A stretch of DNA of 64,000 bases from an uncultured Verrucomicrobiae bacterium (GCA_963707025.1 CAVPOM010000006.1:256001-320000); one strand, 5' to 3'; counted from the stretch's first letter, positions 31,306-41,849 are shown. Notes: a model not told the origin generated them from the sequence alone. Numbers and translations: made by a program.

Positions 31306-32394
31306 ATGAAAACAGTTGCTCCGCCCCTGCTCCATGGCGCGCTCCTTTGCGCCCTATTTTTCCTCCACCCTGTTGCCGCTTCGGCCCAGCCGTCGGCCGA
31401 CTACCAGGTTTTTGTCTCCAATGAAAAATCGGGCGACCTCACGGTCATCAACGGCGCCGATTTCAAAGTGACGGCCACCATCCCCGTCGGCAAACGCCCG
31501 CGTGGCATTCACGCCAGTCCGGACGGCAAGACGGTTTATGTCGCTCTGAGCGGCACCCCCATCTCCGCGCCGCCCCAACTGGATGCCCGGGGCAACCCCG
31601 TTTTTCAAAAAAGCGGCGACGACGACGATGACAACGCCAAGGCGGACAAGGCCGCCGACGGCATCGGGGTGGTGGATGTCGCCCAAAAAAAATTCCTGCG
31701 CAAAATCCCCGCCGGCTCGGACCCCGAAAACTTCGCCCTGAGCGCGGACGGCACGCGCCTCTACATTTCCAACGAAGACGCCGGCGCCGCCAGCATCCTC
31801 AACATCGCCACCGAGAAGGTCGAACACATTGTCCTGGTCAGCCGCGAGCCGGAAGGCGTGGCCGTCACCCCCGACGGCCGGGCCTTTTACGTCACTTGCG
31901 AGACGGCCGGCGACATTTTTGTAATTGACTCAAAAAGCGGCCGGGAAATCGCCCGTTTCGCCGTCCCTCCCCGCCCCCGCAGCGTGGACTTTCTGCCCGA
32001 CGGCTCGCGCGCCTTCATTCCCTCCGAGTCCGCCGGGGAATTGAGCGTGGCCGATTCAGTCAATCATAAATTACTCCGCACCGTCTCCCTCCCCAAGGGC
32101 TTCCGGCCCATGTGCGTCAAGGTCGCTCCCGATGGACGCAAGGTTTATGTCAGCACCGGCCGGGCCGGCGCCATCTGCGTCCTGGATGCCGCCACCGCCG
32201 CGGTGCTCAGCACCATCCCGGTCGGGGCGCGCCCTTGGGGCATTGCCCTCTCGCCCGACGGCCGCCGCCTCTACTCGGCCAACGGCCCTTCCGACGACGT
32301 TTCGGTGGTGGACCTCGTGGCGGAAAAGGAAATGGCCCGCATCAAGTCCCCCGGCAGTCCCTGGGGCGTGGTCATCGTCCCGCCTTCGCGCTGA
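31306..32394 (+). CDS. YVTN beta-propeller repeat protein, exported
   Basis: Signal peptide; repeated IPVG..P.G...SPDG..VYV. Confidence 0.88.
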   Translation: MKTVAPPLLHGALLCALFFLHPVAASAQPSADYQVFVSNEKSGDLTVINGADFKVTATIPVGKRPRGIHASPDGKTVYVALSGTPISAPPQLDARGNPVFQKSGDDDDDNAKADKAADGIGVVDVAQKKFLRKIPAGSDPENFALSADGTRLYISNEDAGAASILNIATEKVEHIVLVSREPEGVAVTPDGRAFYVTCETAGDIFVIDSKSGREIARFAVPPRPRSVDFLPDGSRAFIPSESAGELSVADSVNHKLLRTVSLPKGFRPMCVKVAPDGRKVYVSTGRAGAICVLDAATAAVLSTIPVGARPWGIALSPDGRRLYSANGPSDDVSVVDLVAEKEMARIKSPGSPWGVVIVPPSR

Positions 32395-32486
32395 GGGCCG
32401 GCCCGGGCGGCCTTGCTATTGGCGCCGCGGCATCCGTCGGATCGGTCGGATCGGTCGGATCGGTCGGATCGGTCGGACCGGTCGGC

Positions 32487-33746
32487 TTAGGCCGGTTCGC
32501 CTGGCAAGCCCAGGCCCCTGACGACCCACTGCCCGTCAATCATGGAAACGGCCACCTCGCCGGCATGGTGGACCAGGGCCGCCGCGCACTCCGCGGCCGG
32601 ACCGGTGTAGGCAATGGCCACCAGGTCCGCCCGGCTCCCCGGGGAGAGTTCCCCGGCGCGGCCCTGCCAGCCCAGGGCGCGGGCGCCGTTGCGGGTGGCC
32701 ATTTGCACAATGGCCTCCGGCGCCACCGCCGGATGGGCGGCGGCAAACTGGCGCATTTCGGCAAAAAGATTCAACTCCGGCTTCGGCCGCCTGGAAGCCG
32801 CCACGCTGGCCAGGCTGTCCGTGCCCAGACAGACATTGACGCCCGCGCCCGCCAGCGCCTCGTAGGCGAAGGGCTGATGTTGAAAGTAGGCGTGGCTGCG
32901 CGGACAATGCACCACGCTGGCCCCGCTCCGGGCCAGGGCCTGGATGTCCGGCGCCGCCAGATAATTGGCGTGGATGGCCAGAAAATTTTCGCCCAGCAGC
33001 CCGCAACGCTCCACCTGCGCCAGGGGCGTGCCCAGGCCGCAATCGGACATCTCGCGCTGGTTGCTCAGCCAGTCAAACATGGCTCCGCGCCGGTGGGCGA
33101 ACATTTCAAATTCCTCCGCCGACTCGGCCACATGCATCGTCACCCGCCAGTTTTTCCGGCGGGCCAGCCGGGCCGCCTCCTCCAGCAGCGGCGCGGTGGT
33201 GGAATAGAGCGCGTGGGGCGAAAGTCCGGCCAGGCCGCGCGGCGCTTCCAGGCTGTCAATTTTCGCCGCCGCCTCCCCCAGAATTTCCCCCGGGGCGCGC
33301 CGGCTTTTCACCCCCGTGACTTCCAGAAACGAGGCCACGCGCAAGGGCGTGCCGGACCACACTTCCGGCAGCAACTCCGGCACCGCTTCGATGTCCGCCA
33401 CCGTCGTGCTCCCTGTCCGCGCCAGCATGGCCGCGCCCGCCAGCCAGGCGTGGGCGTAATCGGTGTAACTGGCCTGCGCTTTGAGCGCGAGCAGGGACTT
33501 GATCCAGTCCGGGAATTGCCGCGGCGCCGGCAGGCCGGTCATCCCGGTGTAATCCAAGTGGCAATGGGCGTTGATCAAACCGGGCAGCAAAATGGCCGCG
33601 CCCAGATCCACCGGAGGTTCCGCCGCGTGCGCTTTGATTTCCGGCCACGAACCCACCGCCGCGATCCGTTTGCCGGAAAGCAGCACCGCCCCGTCGGCAA
33701 TGGCCGGGCGGCCCACCGGCCACACGATGCGGGCGCGCAGAATCAC
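32487..33746 (-). CDS. Metal-dependent amidohydrolase (deaminase-like)
   Basis: PGLINAHCHLD, SPHALYS, HVAES, HCPRSH, LGTDS. Confidence 0.9.
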   Translation of the reverse strand: MILRARIVWPVGRPAIADGAVLLSGKRIAAVGSWPEIKAHAAEPPVDLGAAILLPGLINAHCHLDYTGMTGLPAPRQFPDWIKSLLALKAQASYTDYAHAWLAGAAMLARTGSTTVADIEAVPELLPEVWSGTPLRVASFLEVTGVKSRRAPGEILGEAAAKIDSLEAPRGLAGLSPHALYSTTAPLLEEAARLARRKNWRVTMHVAESAEEFEMFAHRRGAMFDWLSNQREMSDCGLGTPLAQVERCGLLGENFLAIHANYLAAPDIQALARSGASVVHCPRSHAYFQHQPFAYEALAGAGVNVCLGTDSLASVAASRRPKPELNLFAEMRQFAAAHPAVAPEAIVQMATRNGARALGWQGRAGELSPGSRADLVAIAYTGPAAECAAALVHHAGEVAVSMIDGQWVVRGLGLPGEPA

Positions 33747-34103
33747 TCAAGTCGCTTCCGCCGCCTGGCGTCTGGCCTTGCCGCGGGAGCCGAGGGTGTG
33801 TTTGCGGGCTTTATATTTATTATGCCGCTTGCGCAACTGCTGCTCCATTTTCTTGGTCACCAGGTCAATGGCGGTGTAGAGATCGCTCTGGCAATCCTCG
33901 GCAAACAGGTCGGGCCCGGGAACGGAAAGCCGCAGCGAACAGGTAAACCGCCGTTCCGGCACTTTCAGATGGTCATGTTCCACCGAAACCCGGGCGCTGG
34001 TGGCGTAGTGGTCCAGGTGTTCCAGCTTTTCAATTCGGGTCAGGATATGATCTTCAATCGCTTTGGTGAGAGTGACGTTGTGCGTCGAGAGAATGAACTT
34101 CAT
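33747..34103 (-). CDS. hpf: Ribosome hibernation promoting factor (RaiA/HPF)
   Basis: HNVTLTKAIEDHI...DLYTAIDLVTKKMEQQLRK. Confidence 0.85.
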   Translation of the reverse strand: MKFILSTHNVTLTKAIEDHILTRIEKLEHLDHYATSARVSVEHDHLKVPERRFTCSLRLSVPGPDLFAEDCQSDLYTAIDLVTKKMEQQLRKRHNKYKARKHTLGSRGKARRQAAEAT

Positions 34104-34312
34104 GCCCTTAACTTGCCCCGATTCGCCAAAAAATCCAGCAAAACTGTTTTTTCCCTCTCCACCGTGCCCGGGCCGGAGCGCCTTTTACCACGGCCTGCCG
34201 GGACTCCGTCCAGCGGTGTTGTTTCCAGCGCGCGGGTTTGAAATGTCCGGGCGCAGCGCCCTTCACGGCCGAAGCAGGTGGAGCCAGCGCGGCCGGGATA
34301 AGAATGCCCCCG

Positions 34313-34738
34313 TCAATTGAGTTGGCCGAATTCCGCCAAAGACGACTGCGCCAGGTTCCCCTCCACTGCGTTGAGGAGCTCCTCCAGGAGCACGCGCAGC
34401 GCCGCAAAATCCAGAGGCTTGCGGATGACCGCATCCACCGGATTATCCGGGCTGGCGCTGTGGCCAAAGCCGGTCATCATCAGAATCGGCTGCCGCGGCG
34501 CCATCCGGCGGATGCGGGCGGCCAGTTCATTGCCTTTCAGGAAAGGCATTTCATAATCGGTCATCACCAGGTCAAAGTGCCCCCGCGCAAACAGACCCAG
34601 CGCTTCGGCCCCATTATTGGCCTCCACCACCCGGTAGCCGATCTGCACGAGCAAAAGCCGCACCGTGTCGCGCAAAAAGCCTTCATCATCCACCAGCAAA
34701 ATGCGCTTCACAACTGGCGCGTCTCGTTTTGTATTCAT
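34313..34738 (-). CDS. Single-domain response regulator
   Basis: ILLVDDE, DLVMTDYEMP, MMTG, KP. Confidence 0.9.
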   Translation of the reverse strand: MNTKRDAPVVKRILLVDDEGFLRDTVRLLLVQIGYRVVEANNGAEALGLFARGHFDLVMTDYEMPFLKGNELAARIRRMAPRQPILMMTGFGHSASPDNPVDAVIRKPLDFAALRVLLEELLNAVEGNLAQSSLAEFGQLN

Positions 34739-34754
34739 TTGTCAGCAATGCAAA

Positions 34755-34770
34755 AGCAAAATCCCTGCCA
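34755..34770 (-). promoter_or_regulatory. Putative sigma-54 promoter
   Basis: Minus strand TGGCAG-GGATT-TTGCT just upstream of the ATG. Confidence 0.6.
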
Positions 34771-34979
34771 TCTCGCTTTTGAGAATCCCACCCCCCTGCG
34801 GCGCTTCTTAATCCTGATCGGCATCCTTGATTTTAAGAATGCCGCATGGACCAAGGAGCTTAAGATTACGATTAAGATTAAGATCAGGAGCGGATGCTCA
34901 GAAAGCGGCATGCGCCTCCTTCCTCTCCCCTGCGCAATTCGTCCTTCATAATTGACCCTTCCTGCTTCATACTTCTGCC

Positions 34980-35765
34980 GTGCCGACCAAAATCATCTCC
35001 GTGGCCAACCAAAAAGGTGGCGTGGGCAAGACGACCACGACCATCAACCTGGCCGCCTGCCTGGCCGCGGTCGGCCGCCGCGTTCTCCTGGTGGATTTGG
35101 ACCCCCAGGCCAACGCCACCAGCGGCCTCGGCCTGGAAAAACTCGAAGGCGCCAGCGCCTACCGGCCCCTCCTCGGCGAAGGCGCGCTCCTGGAGAAAAT
35201 CAAACCCACCGCCTTCGACCGCCTCAGCGTCGTGCCCAGCGAGGTGGACCTGTGCGGCGCGGAAATTGAAATCGCCCGGGCCGAAAACCATCTCCAGCGC
35301 CTGTCCCTCCTCCTCCAGCCGCTGGCCCGGATGGGCCGCTTTGATTTTATTATGATTGACTGCCCTCCCTCCCTGGGCATCCTCACCCTCAACGCCTTTG
35401 CCGCCTCCGACCATCTCATCGTCCCCCTGCAATGCGAGTACTACGCCCTGGAAGGCATCTCCACCAGCCACCGCGTCCTCAGCCAGGTGCGGGACAACGG
35501 CATCAACCCCCGCCTCAACCTCCTGGGCATCCTCATGACCATGTTCGACAGCCGCACCCGCCTTTCCGCCCAGATCGTCGGCGAGGTCCGCGACCATTTC
35601 GGCCCCACCGTCTTTGACACCGTCATCCCCCGCAGCACCCGGCTGGCCGAGGCCCCCAGCTTCGGCAAACCGATTATTTACTACGATCCCTACAACGCCG
35701 GCGCCGCCGCCTACGAAGTTCTGACCCGGGAGCTCCTCCAGCGCCTCGGCGAAAAAGACCATTGA
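34980..35765 (+). CDS. parA: ParA/Soj family ATPase
   Basis: ANQKGGVGKTTT, DLDPQANAT, IDCPPSLG, PLQCEYYALEG, LAEAPSFG. Confidence 0.93.
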   Translation: MPTKIISVANQKGGVGKTTTTINLAACLAAVGRRVLLVDLDPQANATSGLGLEKLEGASAYRPLLGEGALLEKIKPTAFDRLSVVPSEVDLCGAEIEIARAENHLQRLSLLLQPLARMGRFDFIMIDCPPSLGILTLNAFAASDHLIVPLQCEYYALEGISTSHRVLSQVRDNGINPRLNLLGILMTMFDSRTRLSAQIVGEVRDHFGPTVFDTVIPRSTRLAEAPSFGKPIIYYDPYNAGAAAYEVLTRELLQRLGEKDH

Positions 35766-35844
35766 AAACAATTCCGTATTCGGTCCTCCCCGGCGAAAAG
35801 AATTGTCTTTGGCAGAGGCCGCCGGTGGGTTAGTATAAATCAAG

Positions 35845-36063
35845 ATGAAAACGGTCGAAGCGATCATTGAACCGGACGGCGAGGTGCGGCTGGTTGAGCC
35901 GGTGCGAGTGTCCTCACCACGACGCGCCCTGGTGACGATCCTTGATGAAGCGCCGATCATCCATGAGGCTGCGCTGTTGAGCGAGGCCGCGCTGGCCGAG
36001 GATTGGAATCGCGCAGAGGAGGATGCAGCATGGGCGCATTTGCAGCCGGGCAAGTCGTCATAG
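35845..36063 (+). CDS. Putative antitoxin
   Basis: ALLSEAALAEDWNRAEEDAAWAHL tail; overlaps the downstream toxin gene. Confidence 0.75.
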   Translation: MKTVEAIIEPDGEVRLVEPVRVSSPRRALVTILDEAPIIHEAALLSEAALAEDWNRAEEDAAWAHLQPGKSS

Positions 36064-36365
36064 TCCGCTTCCCTTTTTCGGATCTCAGCGACTCGAAACT
36101 GCGCCCGGCAGTGGTGCTGGCTGACGCCGGGCGGGGTGATTGGATTCTGTGCCAGATCACGAGCAAACCTTACGGCGATTCCCGCGCCGTTGCGTTGAGT
36201 GACGCTGACTTCGCAAGCGGCGCGCTTCACCTTGCGAGTCATGCCCGCCCCGGCAAACTTTTCACCGCCCACGCCAGCCTTGTTGCCAGCCAAGCCGGCG
36301 CGTTGCGAACAGAAAAATATCTCGCCATTCGGGATGCAGTCGTGCGGATGATTCAAAAAAGTTGA
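36030..36365 (+). CDS. PemK/MazF-family toxin
   Basis: GQVVIVRFPFSDLSDSKLRPAVVL...ILCQITSK. Confidence 0.88.
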   Translation: MGAFAAGQVVIVRFPFSDLSDSKLRPAVVLADAGRGDWILCQITSKPYGDSRAVALSDADFASGALHLASHARPGKLFTAHASLVASQAGALRTEKYLAIRDAVVRMIQKS

Positions 36366-36549
36366 CCAACCAGGCGTCCCCGTCTGCGAAGTCCTGACCC
36401 GCGAACTCCTCCACCGCCTCGGCGAAAAATAGAATTCAACTTCCTGTAGCGGCGGTCTATGACCGTCGCAAATTGCAGATGCCCTGCCATACGGGTGGCA
36501 CGGGCGACCCGCCCGTACCGCCGGGCCACTGGCCCGGCGGAAGCCTCAG

Positions 36550-37008
36550 TCAATCAGAGGTCCAATTGCCGATGGTATTAGTGCCGCCTTGTCCGTCTTT
36601 TCCCTTGGAGTAGAGATCGTAACTGGCCGGGTTGTGTTTGCCCGGAATTTCATAAACATAAGCCTGTCCCCAGGGGTCGAGTGGAACTCTGTCCTTTTGC
36701 AAATAGGGGCCTTTCCAAGTGCCCTGCACATCGCGCGGCTTTATTATTAATGCCTGCAAACCGTCGCCGCCGCTGGGGAGATGCCCGCTGTCCACTTCAA
36801 ACATGGAGAGCGCGGTCACGAGATGGGAAATCTCCACTTTGGCCGCGGTTCTGTCAGCATCACCGCGACGCCCGATGAGACTTGGAAGCACGATGCCGGC
36901 CAGAATCGCCAGAATGGTCAAGACCAGCAACAGTTCCACCAGGGTGAAGCCGGGCCGGAGCCATGAGTTCATCCGGCCTGTTTTTGATTTGATGTTTTTC
37001 ACGTTCAT
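36550..37008 (-). CDS. gspG: Type II secretion major pseudopilin GspG
   Basis: GFTLVELLLVLTILAILAGIVLP, WKGPYL, DPWGQAYVY, SKGKDG. Confidence 0.9.
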   Translation of the reverse strand: MNVKNIKSKTGRMNSWLRPGFTLVELLLVLTILAILAGIVLPSLIGRRGDADRTAAKVEISHLVTALSMFEVDSGHLPSGGDGLQALIIKPRDVQGTWKGPYLQKDRVPLDPWGQAYVYEIPGKHNPASYDLYSKGKDGQGGTNTIGNWTSD

Positions 37009-37410
37009 AAAATCAACATTCGGTTGTTTATTTGACCGCTTTTTACCACAGGCTAATACTGGATGCCGTTACCGCATTTAGCATGCCAACCGGGCAAAAG
37101 GCCATTTTGCCGGCAAACACCGTGCTCTTGACTGAACGCATCAACCTAAAAGCGCAAAGCTTGCGCAAGGTTGCGCAAAGAATGCGCGCCGGTTCCCGCG
37201 CCCCAGCCGTTGCTCAATCCAGTGCGCCTGGGCCAATCTGTTGTCAGCGGGCCAAGACGCCTGTTTCTTTAACACCCGGCCACCGAGTCACCGCCGGCAG
37301 CCTTGGGCGGCGGCGGAGGCCGGCCAGCCGGGGTCCACAGGCCGGGATTGGGGGTTGAACTTGCGGATTGTAATGAGGCGGCCCCGGACACTATTTTACC
37401 GGGATTCTTT

Positions 37411-38127
37411 ATGGCCAAACAAGTTGCCGAAATGCCGGTGGAAAAAGCCACCATGGAATTGCCGGACACCAAAACCCTCCGCCTGCAATGGCCCCAGGGC
37501 TACGACCCGGAGTTCAAGACCGGCCAGTTCATCACCCTGTTCTTCGCCGACAGCCCCGCCTACAAACGCGCCTACTCCCTTTCCTCCTGCGCCCTGGACC
37601 GCGGCTTCTACGAAGTCACCATTAAGCGCGACGGCAAAATGGGCACCCGCATCGTGGACTGGGTCCAGCCCGGCGACAAACTGTGGGTCATCCCTCCGAC
37701 GGGCCGCTTCCTCCCCGTGCTGGAGCCGGACAAACACCTCATCTGCATCGCCGGCGGCTCCGGCGTGACCCCCTTTCGCGGCTTTGTGCGCGAGGCCACC
37801 CGCCGCGGCCTGGCCACCCGAATTACCATCCTTTACAGCGTCCGGACGCCCAACGACATCATCTTCCACCAAGAATTCCGCCAACTCGAACAAGACAACC
37901 CCCATTTCAAATTCCTGGTCACCTGCACCCGTCTTGCGGCGGAGGATCCCTGGCCGGGCCGCCGGGGCCGCATCGAAGCCGCCTGGGTGCGCCAGCACAT
38001 CGGCGAACTGCACCACACCGTCTTTTACGCCTGCGGCCCCAACGCCCTGGTGGACGCCACCGAGCACCTGGTGACCGGGGATCTGAACGTCCCCAAAGAG
38101 CAGATGAAAGTCGAAAAGTGGGGGTGA
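37411..38127 (+). CDS. FAD/NAD(P)-binding oxidoreductase (FNR-like)
   Basis: GQF, RAYSLSS, IAGGSGVTPF, YACGP. Confidence 0.9.
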   Translation: MAKQVAEMPVEKATMELPDTKTLRLQWPQGYDPEFKTGQFITLFFADSPAYKRAYSLSSCALDRGFYEVTIKRDGKMGTRIVDWVQPGDKLWVIPPTGRFLPVLEPDKHLICIAGGSGVTPFRGFVREATRRGLATRITILYSVRTPNDIIFHQEFRQLEQDNPHFKFLVTCTRLAAEDPWPGRRGRIEAAWVRQHIGELHHTVFYACGPNALVDATEHLVTGDLNVPKEQMKVEKWG

Positions 38128-38237
38128 GGCGGGAAGGCGGATTTCATCCTCCATTTTTCTTCAGCCGCCGCGCGGATTTTTATGGCGGCCCGGAGGCCAA
38201 ACCATATATAGTCGCACCACGACGACATTGGGAACTT

Positions 38238-39365
38238 ATGCTTAAGCGAACGCCACTCTTCGCCGCCCACCAAAAACTGGGCGCCCGCCTGATTGATTTC
38301 GGCGGCTGGGAAATGCCCCTGCACTACTCCGGCATCCTCGATGAACACCAGGCCGTGCGCACCGCCGCCGGACTGTTCGATATTTCCCACATGGGCCAAA
38401 TCGTCGTGCGCGGCAGCGCCGCCCCGGAATTCCTCAACGGCGTCCTGACCAACGACATCCGCAAACTGCAAAACCGCCAGGGCCAATACACCCTGATGTG
38501 CAATGAGCGCGGCGGCGCGATTGACGACCTTTACGTCTATCAGGTCGAGGCCGAAGAATTCCTCCTCATCGTCAACGCCTCCCGCATCAGCGCCGACGCC
38601 GCCTGGCTCAACCAGCAACTGAGCGCCTTTCCCCGGCGCGCCGCCGTGGATTTGAAGAATCTCTCCGCCGACTTCGGCGCGCTCGCCCTGCAAGGCCCCA
38701 AAGCGGCCCAATTCATTGACGCTTGCTTTGCCTCGCCCTCCCACCCGAGCCTGGCGGCCACGCTGCGCAAAAATGACATCGCCCGCCGCGAGTTTCTCGG
38801 CCGGTCCATCTTCATTTCCCGCACCGGCTACACCGGGGAGGACGGTTTTGAAATGGTCGCGCCCGCCGAAATCGCTGACGCCCTTTGGAACAAAGTCCTG
38901 GAAGCGGGCGCCCCGTTCGGTTTGAAACCCGCCGGACTGGGCGCGCGCGACACCTTGCGCACCGAAGTCTGTTACCCGCTCTACGGCCATGAACTGGACG
39001 AAAACACCACTCCTCTGGAGGCCGGTTTGGGCGTATTTGTCGCGCTGGGCAAAGGCGAGTTTACGGGCCGGTCAGTCCTGGCCGGGCAAAAGGCCCGCGG
39101 CACCACTAAAAAACTGGTCGCCTTCAAATCCGCCGAAAAATCCGCCCCGCCCCGCCCCCATTATCCCATCTGGAGCGCGGGCCCGGACCGGCGGCCCATC
39201 GGCCACGTCACCAGCGGCACCCAAAGCCCTTCGCTGGGGATTGGCATTGGCATGGGCTATGTTCCGCCGGAAATGGCCGCCGCCAACAGCCCCATTGCCA
39301 TTGAAATCCGGGGCAAACACGCTCCGGCCACCATCGTGCCCAAGCCCCTTTACCGCAAAGGCTGA
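38238..39365 (+). CDS. gcvT: Glycine cleavage aminomethyltransferase T
   Basis: FGGWEMP, FDISHMG, RTGYTGEDGFE, GLGARDTLR. Confidence 0.95.
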   Translation: MLKRTPLFAAHQKLGARLIDFGGWEMPLHYSGILDEHQAVRTAAGLFDISHMGQIVVRGSAAPEFLNGVLTNDIRKLQNRQGQYTLMCNERGGAIDDLYVYQVEAEEFLLIVNASRISADAAWLNQQLSAFPRRAAVDLKNLSADFGALALQGPKAAQFIDACFASPSHPSLAATLRKNDIARREFLGRSIFISRTGYTGEDGFEMVAPAEIADALWNKVLEAGAPFGLKPAGLGARDTLRTEVCYPLYGHELDENTTPLEAGLGVFVALGKGEFTGRSVLAGQKARGTTKKLVAFKSAEKSAPPRPHYPIWSAGPDRRPIGHVTSGTQSPSLGIGIGMGYVPPEMAAANSPIAIEIRGKHAPATIVPKPLYRKG

Positions 39366-39416
39366 AAAACCCCCTGGCCCGGCCCGCCCCCTTCCCCCAA
39401 CTGTCAACACTAATTT

Positions 39417-39803
39417 ATGAGCTCCCCAATTCCCCCCGGCGTCCTCCACGCCAAAACTCACGAATGGGTCCGCCTCCGCGACGGCGTGGCCACCATCGGC
39501 ATTAGCGACCATGCCCAGCACGAACTGACCAACGTGGTCTTTGTGGAATTGCCCGAGGTGGGCCGTTCCCTCCAGGCCGGCGCGGCCTGCGCCGTGGTCG
39601 AATCGGTCAAAACCGCCAGCGACATTTATTCCCCCGTCAGCGGAGAAGTCACCGCCGTCAACCAGCAGCTCGTCCAGCATCCCGAACTGGTCAACACCGA
39701 TCCCTACGGGGCCGGCTGGTTTTTCCAGGTCAAACTCTCCCGGCCCGCCGAACTGGAGGCCCTGCTCGCCCCCGCCGATTATGGCCGGGAAATCGGGGCC
39801 TGA
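39417..39803 (+). CDS. gcvH: Glycine cleavage H protein
   Basis: HEWV, GISDHAQ, VESVKTASD lipoyl-lysine motif, NTDPYGAGW. Confidence 0.95.
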   Translation: MSSPIPPGVLHAKTHEWVRLRDGVATIGISDHAQHELTNVVFVELPEVGRSLQAGAACAVVESVKTASDIYSPVSGEVTAVNQQLVQHPELVNTDPYGAGWFFQVKLSRPAELEALLAPADYGREIGA

Positions 39804-39808
39804 GGTTT

Positions 39809-41440
39809 CTACGGCACCACCGCCTGGAAAAAACTCGTGTCCCCCGGCGCCGGCACGGTGATGGCGCGAACGGGAACGGTGTCATAATTGGTGGCGATGG
39901 GTGTCCAGTTGACCAGGTCTGGGGAAGACTCAATGACGTAGGTCACGTTGCCCTGGCCCTGCAAAGTGAACCCGAATTGGCTGGCGGGCGCGACGGGGGC
40001 GGCGGGCGCGCTCAACCAAGGGGGGGTCAAGCTGTCATAAACCTGGATGATGGCCACGGCGGTGGTGGTCGCCTGATTGGCCCCCGGCGGCGAATAAGCG
40101 CGCCAGACCGAGGCGTTCAAATCTGTCGCATATAAATTTCCCGCCCGGTCCCAGGCCACATCCAGGAAGGCGTCATTGGTCAAGGCGTCGTTGGTGCCCG
40201 CTCGCAGCCGGGTCACCAGCGCGCCATGCGCCGCCTCATAAATGTTGACCGCGCCGTTTTGCAGGTCGAGCACGTTCTGGCTGCCGTAGCCCTCCACCGC
40301 CACTGCCACCCAGCGGCCCGTCGGATCCACCGCGACGCCGGCGGCGTTTTCCAGCGAGTAATCTGGCGAACCAACGCTCCAATTGGTGGTCAGGTCCGGC
40401 TGGCCGCAGTAGGGCGGGAAACAAAAAAGGCGCGGCATCTGGTAAAAATCCCCGGGATCCCTGAATCCATCCAGGCATTGAATGGCATAGATCGTGCCGC
40501 TGGCGTCCACCGACACACCGTAGGCGCAGAGGTTCAAGCCGGTGTTGCTGATGCCCACCACCACCGTGCCAGTATCGCTTGCCGCCACCGCGCCGTCGGC
40601 GGTCACATCCCACCGCACCACCCCCGCGCTCGGACCGTTGGTGTTGGCGTCCGCCATCCAAATCTGCGTCTTGGCGCCGCCACCGGTGACACAGGGGCCG
40701 CTCAACAGCGCGCTCGAATTCGGGTAATTGCCGGAATTCAGAGCGGTCAGGTAATTGGTCGAGAGGACTTCATCAAAAGCCAGGACGCGCCCGCCGGCGC
40801 TCCAGTCATTGATATAAACGGTGTCATCCTGCGCAATGGCAATCTTCCACGGACTGAAAAGGTTGCCAGCCCAAGGATAACTCTGGCTGAATCCTCCCTC
40901 GTCGCCGGGACTGCCATCGGCGTTGAATTTACAAATGCCGGCGCCGGACGGCGGGGCATTGCCCACGAAGACCCGGCCGTAATATGGGCTGTTGGTGTTC
41001 TGGTTGACCGCGATGCCGGTCGGATCGAGCACAAAAAAATTCGCGCTGTCATCGGTGATGTTGGTCCAGGCCGCGTGGCCCGCCGCCGCCGCCGTGATGC
41101 TGATTTGATAAATTCCCGCGGCGACGTTTTGGCCCGCCTGGTTGGTGCCGCCCCAGACCAGGCCATTGCTCCCGGCGTTGGTGCCCGGCAGGCTGTTGGT
41201 CCAGACGACGGTGGCGCCGCAATAAATCTGCGCCAACACGTTGCTGGCCGGTTCGTTGAGGATGTAACTGATCTGCACCGCGCCGGCCGGGAGCATCGCG
41301 ACATTGTTGGTGGAACCGTTGAGTTTGATGTCGGTGGCATACACATTGGCCCACCCGGAAAGCCCCCCGCAAAGCAGCAGCAGCGCCACCCCCAATTGGC
41401 ACCAGTTGCGGCGGTCAGTTTTCATCTGGCAATAATGCAT
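39809..41440 (-). CDS. Secreted protein with FlgD-like Ig domain and beta-propeller
   Basis: Signal peptide; ISYILNE...WGGTNQAGQNVAAGIY; C-terminal YVIESSPDLVNW...FFQAVVP. Confidence 0.8.
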   Translation of the reverse strand: MHYCQMKTDRRNWCQLGVALLLLCGGLSGWANVYATDIKLNGSTNNVAMLPAGAVQISYILNEPASNVLAQIYCGATVVWTNSLPGTNAGSNGLVWGGTNQAGQNVAAGIYQISITAAAAGHAAWTNITDDSANFFVLDPTGIAVNQNTNSPYYGRVFVGNAPPSGAGICKFNADGSPGDEGGFSQSYPWAGNLFSPWKIAIAQDDTVYINDWSAGGRVLAFDEVLSTNYLTALNSGNYPNSSALLSGPCVTGGGAKTQIWMADANTNGPSAGVVRWDVTADGAVAASDTGTVVVGISNTGLNLCAYGVSVDASGTIYAIQCLDGFRDPGDFYQMPRLFCFPPYCGQPDLTTNWSVGSPDYSLENAAGVAVDPTGRWVAVAVEGYGSQNVLDLQNGAVNIYEAAHGALVTRLRAGTNDALTNDAFLDVAWDRAGNLYATDLNASVWRAYSPPGANQATTTAVAIIQVYDSLTPPWLSAPAAPVAPASQFGFTLQGQGNVTYVIESSPDLVNWTPIATNYDTVPVRAITVPAPGDTSFFQAVVP

Positions 41441-41591
41441 TTCCCAACCACTCCATTTTAAAGATTTGGGCCCGCGCCTTCAAGCGCCACCCCCTCCTTA
41501 CCCTTCTGTTATCATATCATATCCTAAAAACAAGTCCTTGACAGTTTAAAAATCATATATCAATATATCCGCATTCGTTGATATAGCGATA

Positions 41592-41727
41592 CTCATATCG
41601 AGTGGTGGAGGGACTGGCCCGATGAAACCACGGCAACCGGCGGCAGATGCGTTTTGCCGCGCCAGGTGCCAATTCCAGCCCGCGCGCAGCCGGCGGTTCT
41701 TGCCGGTGTGGCCGGGAAAAGATGAGA
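41592..41727 (+). ncRNA. SAM-I riboswitch
   Basis: ctcat...gagtggtggagggactggcccgatgaaacc..gcaacc...ggtgccaattcc...gatgag consensus, upstream of a sulfur amino-acid operon. Confidence 0.92.
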
Positions 41728-41849
41728 AGAGCGCGCTCCCTCTTCTCACGCCGGGCCGGGGCCTGTTTGCCCCGGCCCGCGCCGCCCATCTCCCGATGGA
41801 CCGAGCCAGCCGGCGGCGGGTTGCAGCCCGCCGGCGCAGAGCAGGATTT

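Noticed and set aside
38128..38237. Glycine riboswitch upstream of gcvT
   Set aside because: No recognisable aptamer consensus in the short spacer.
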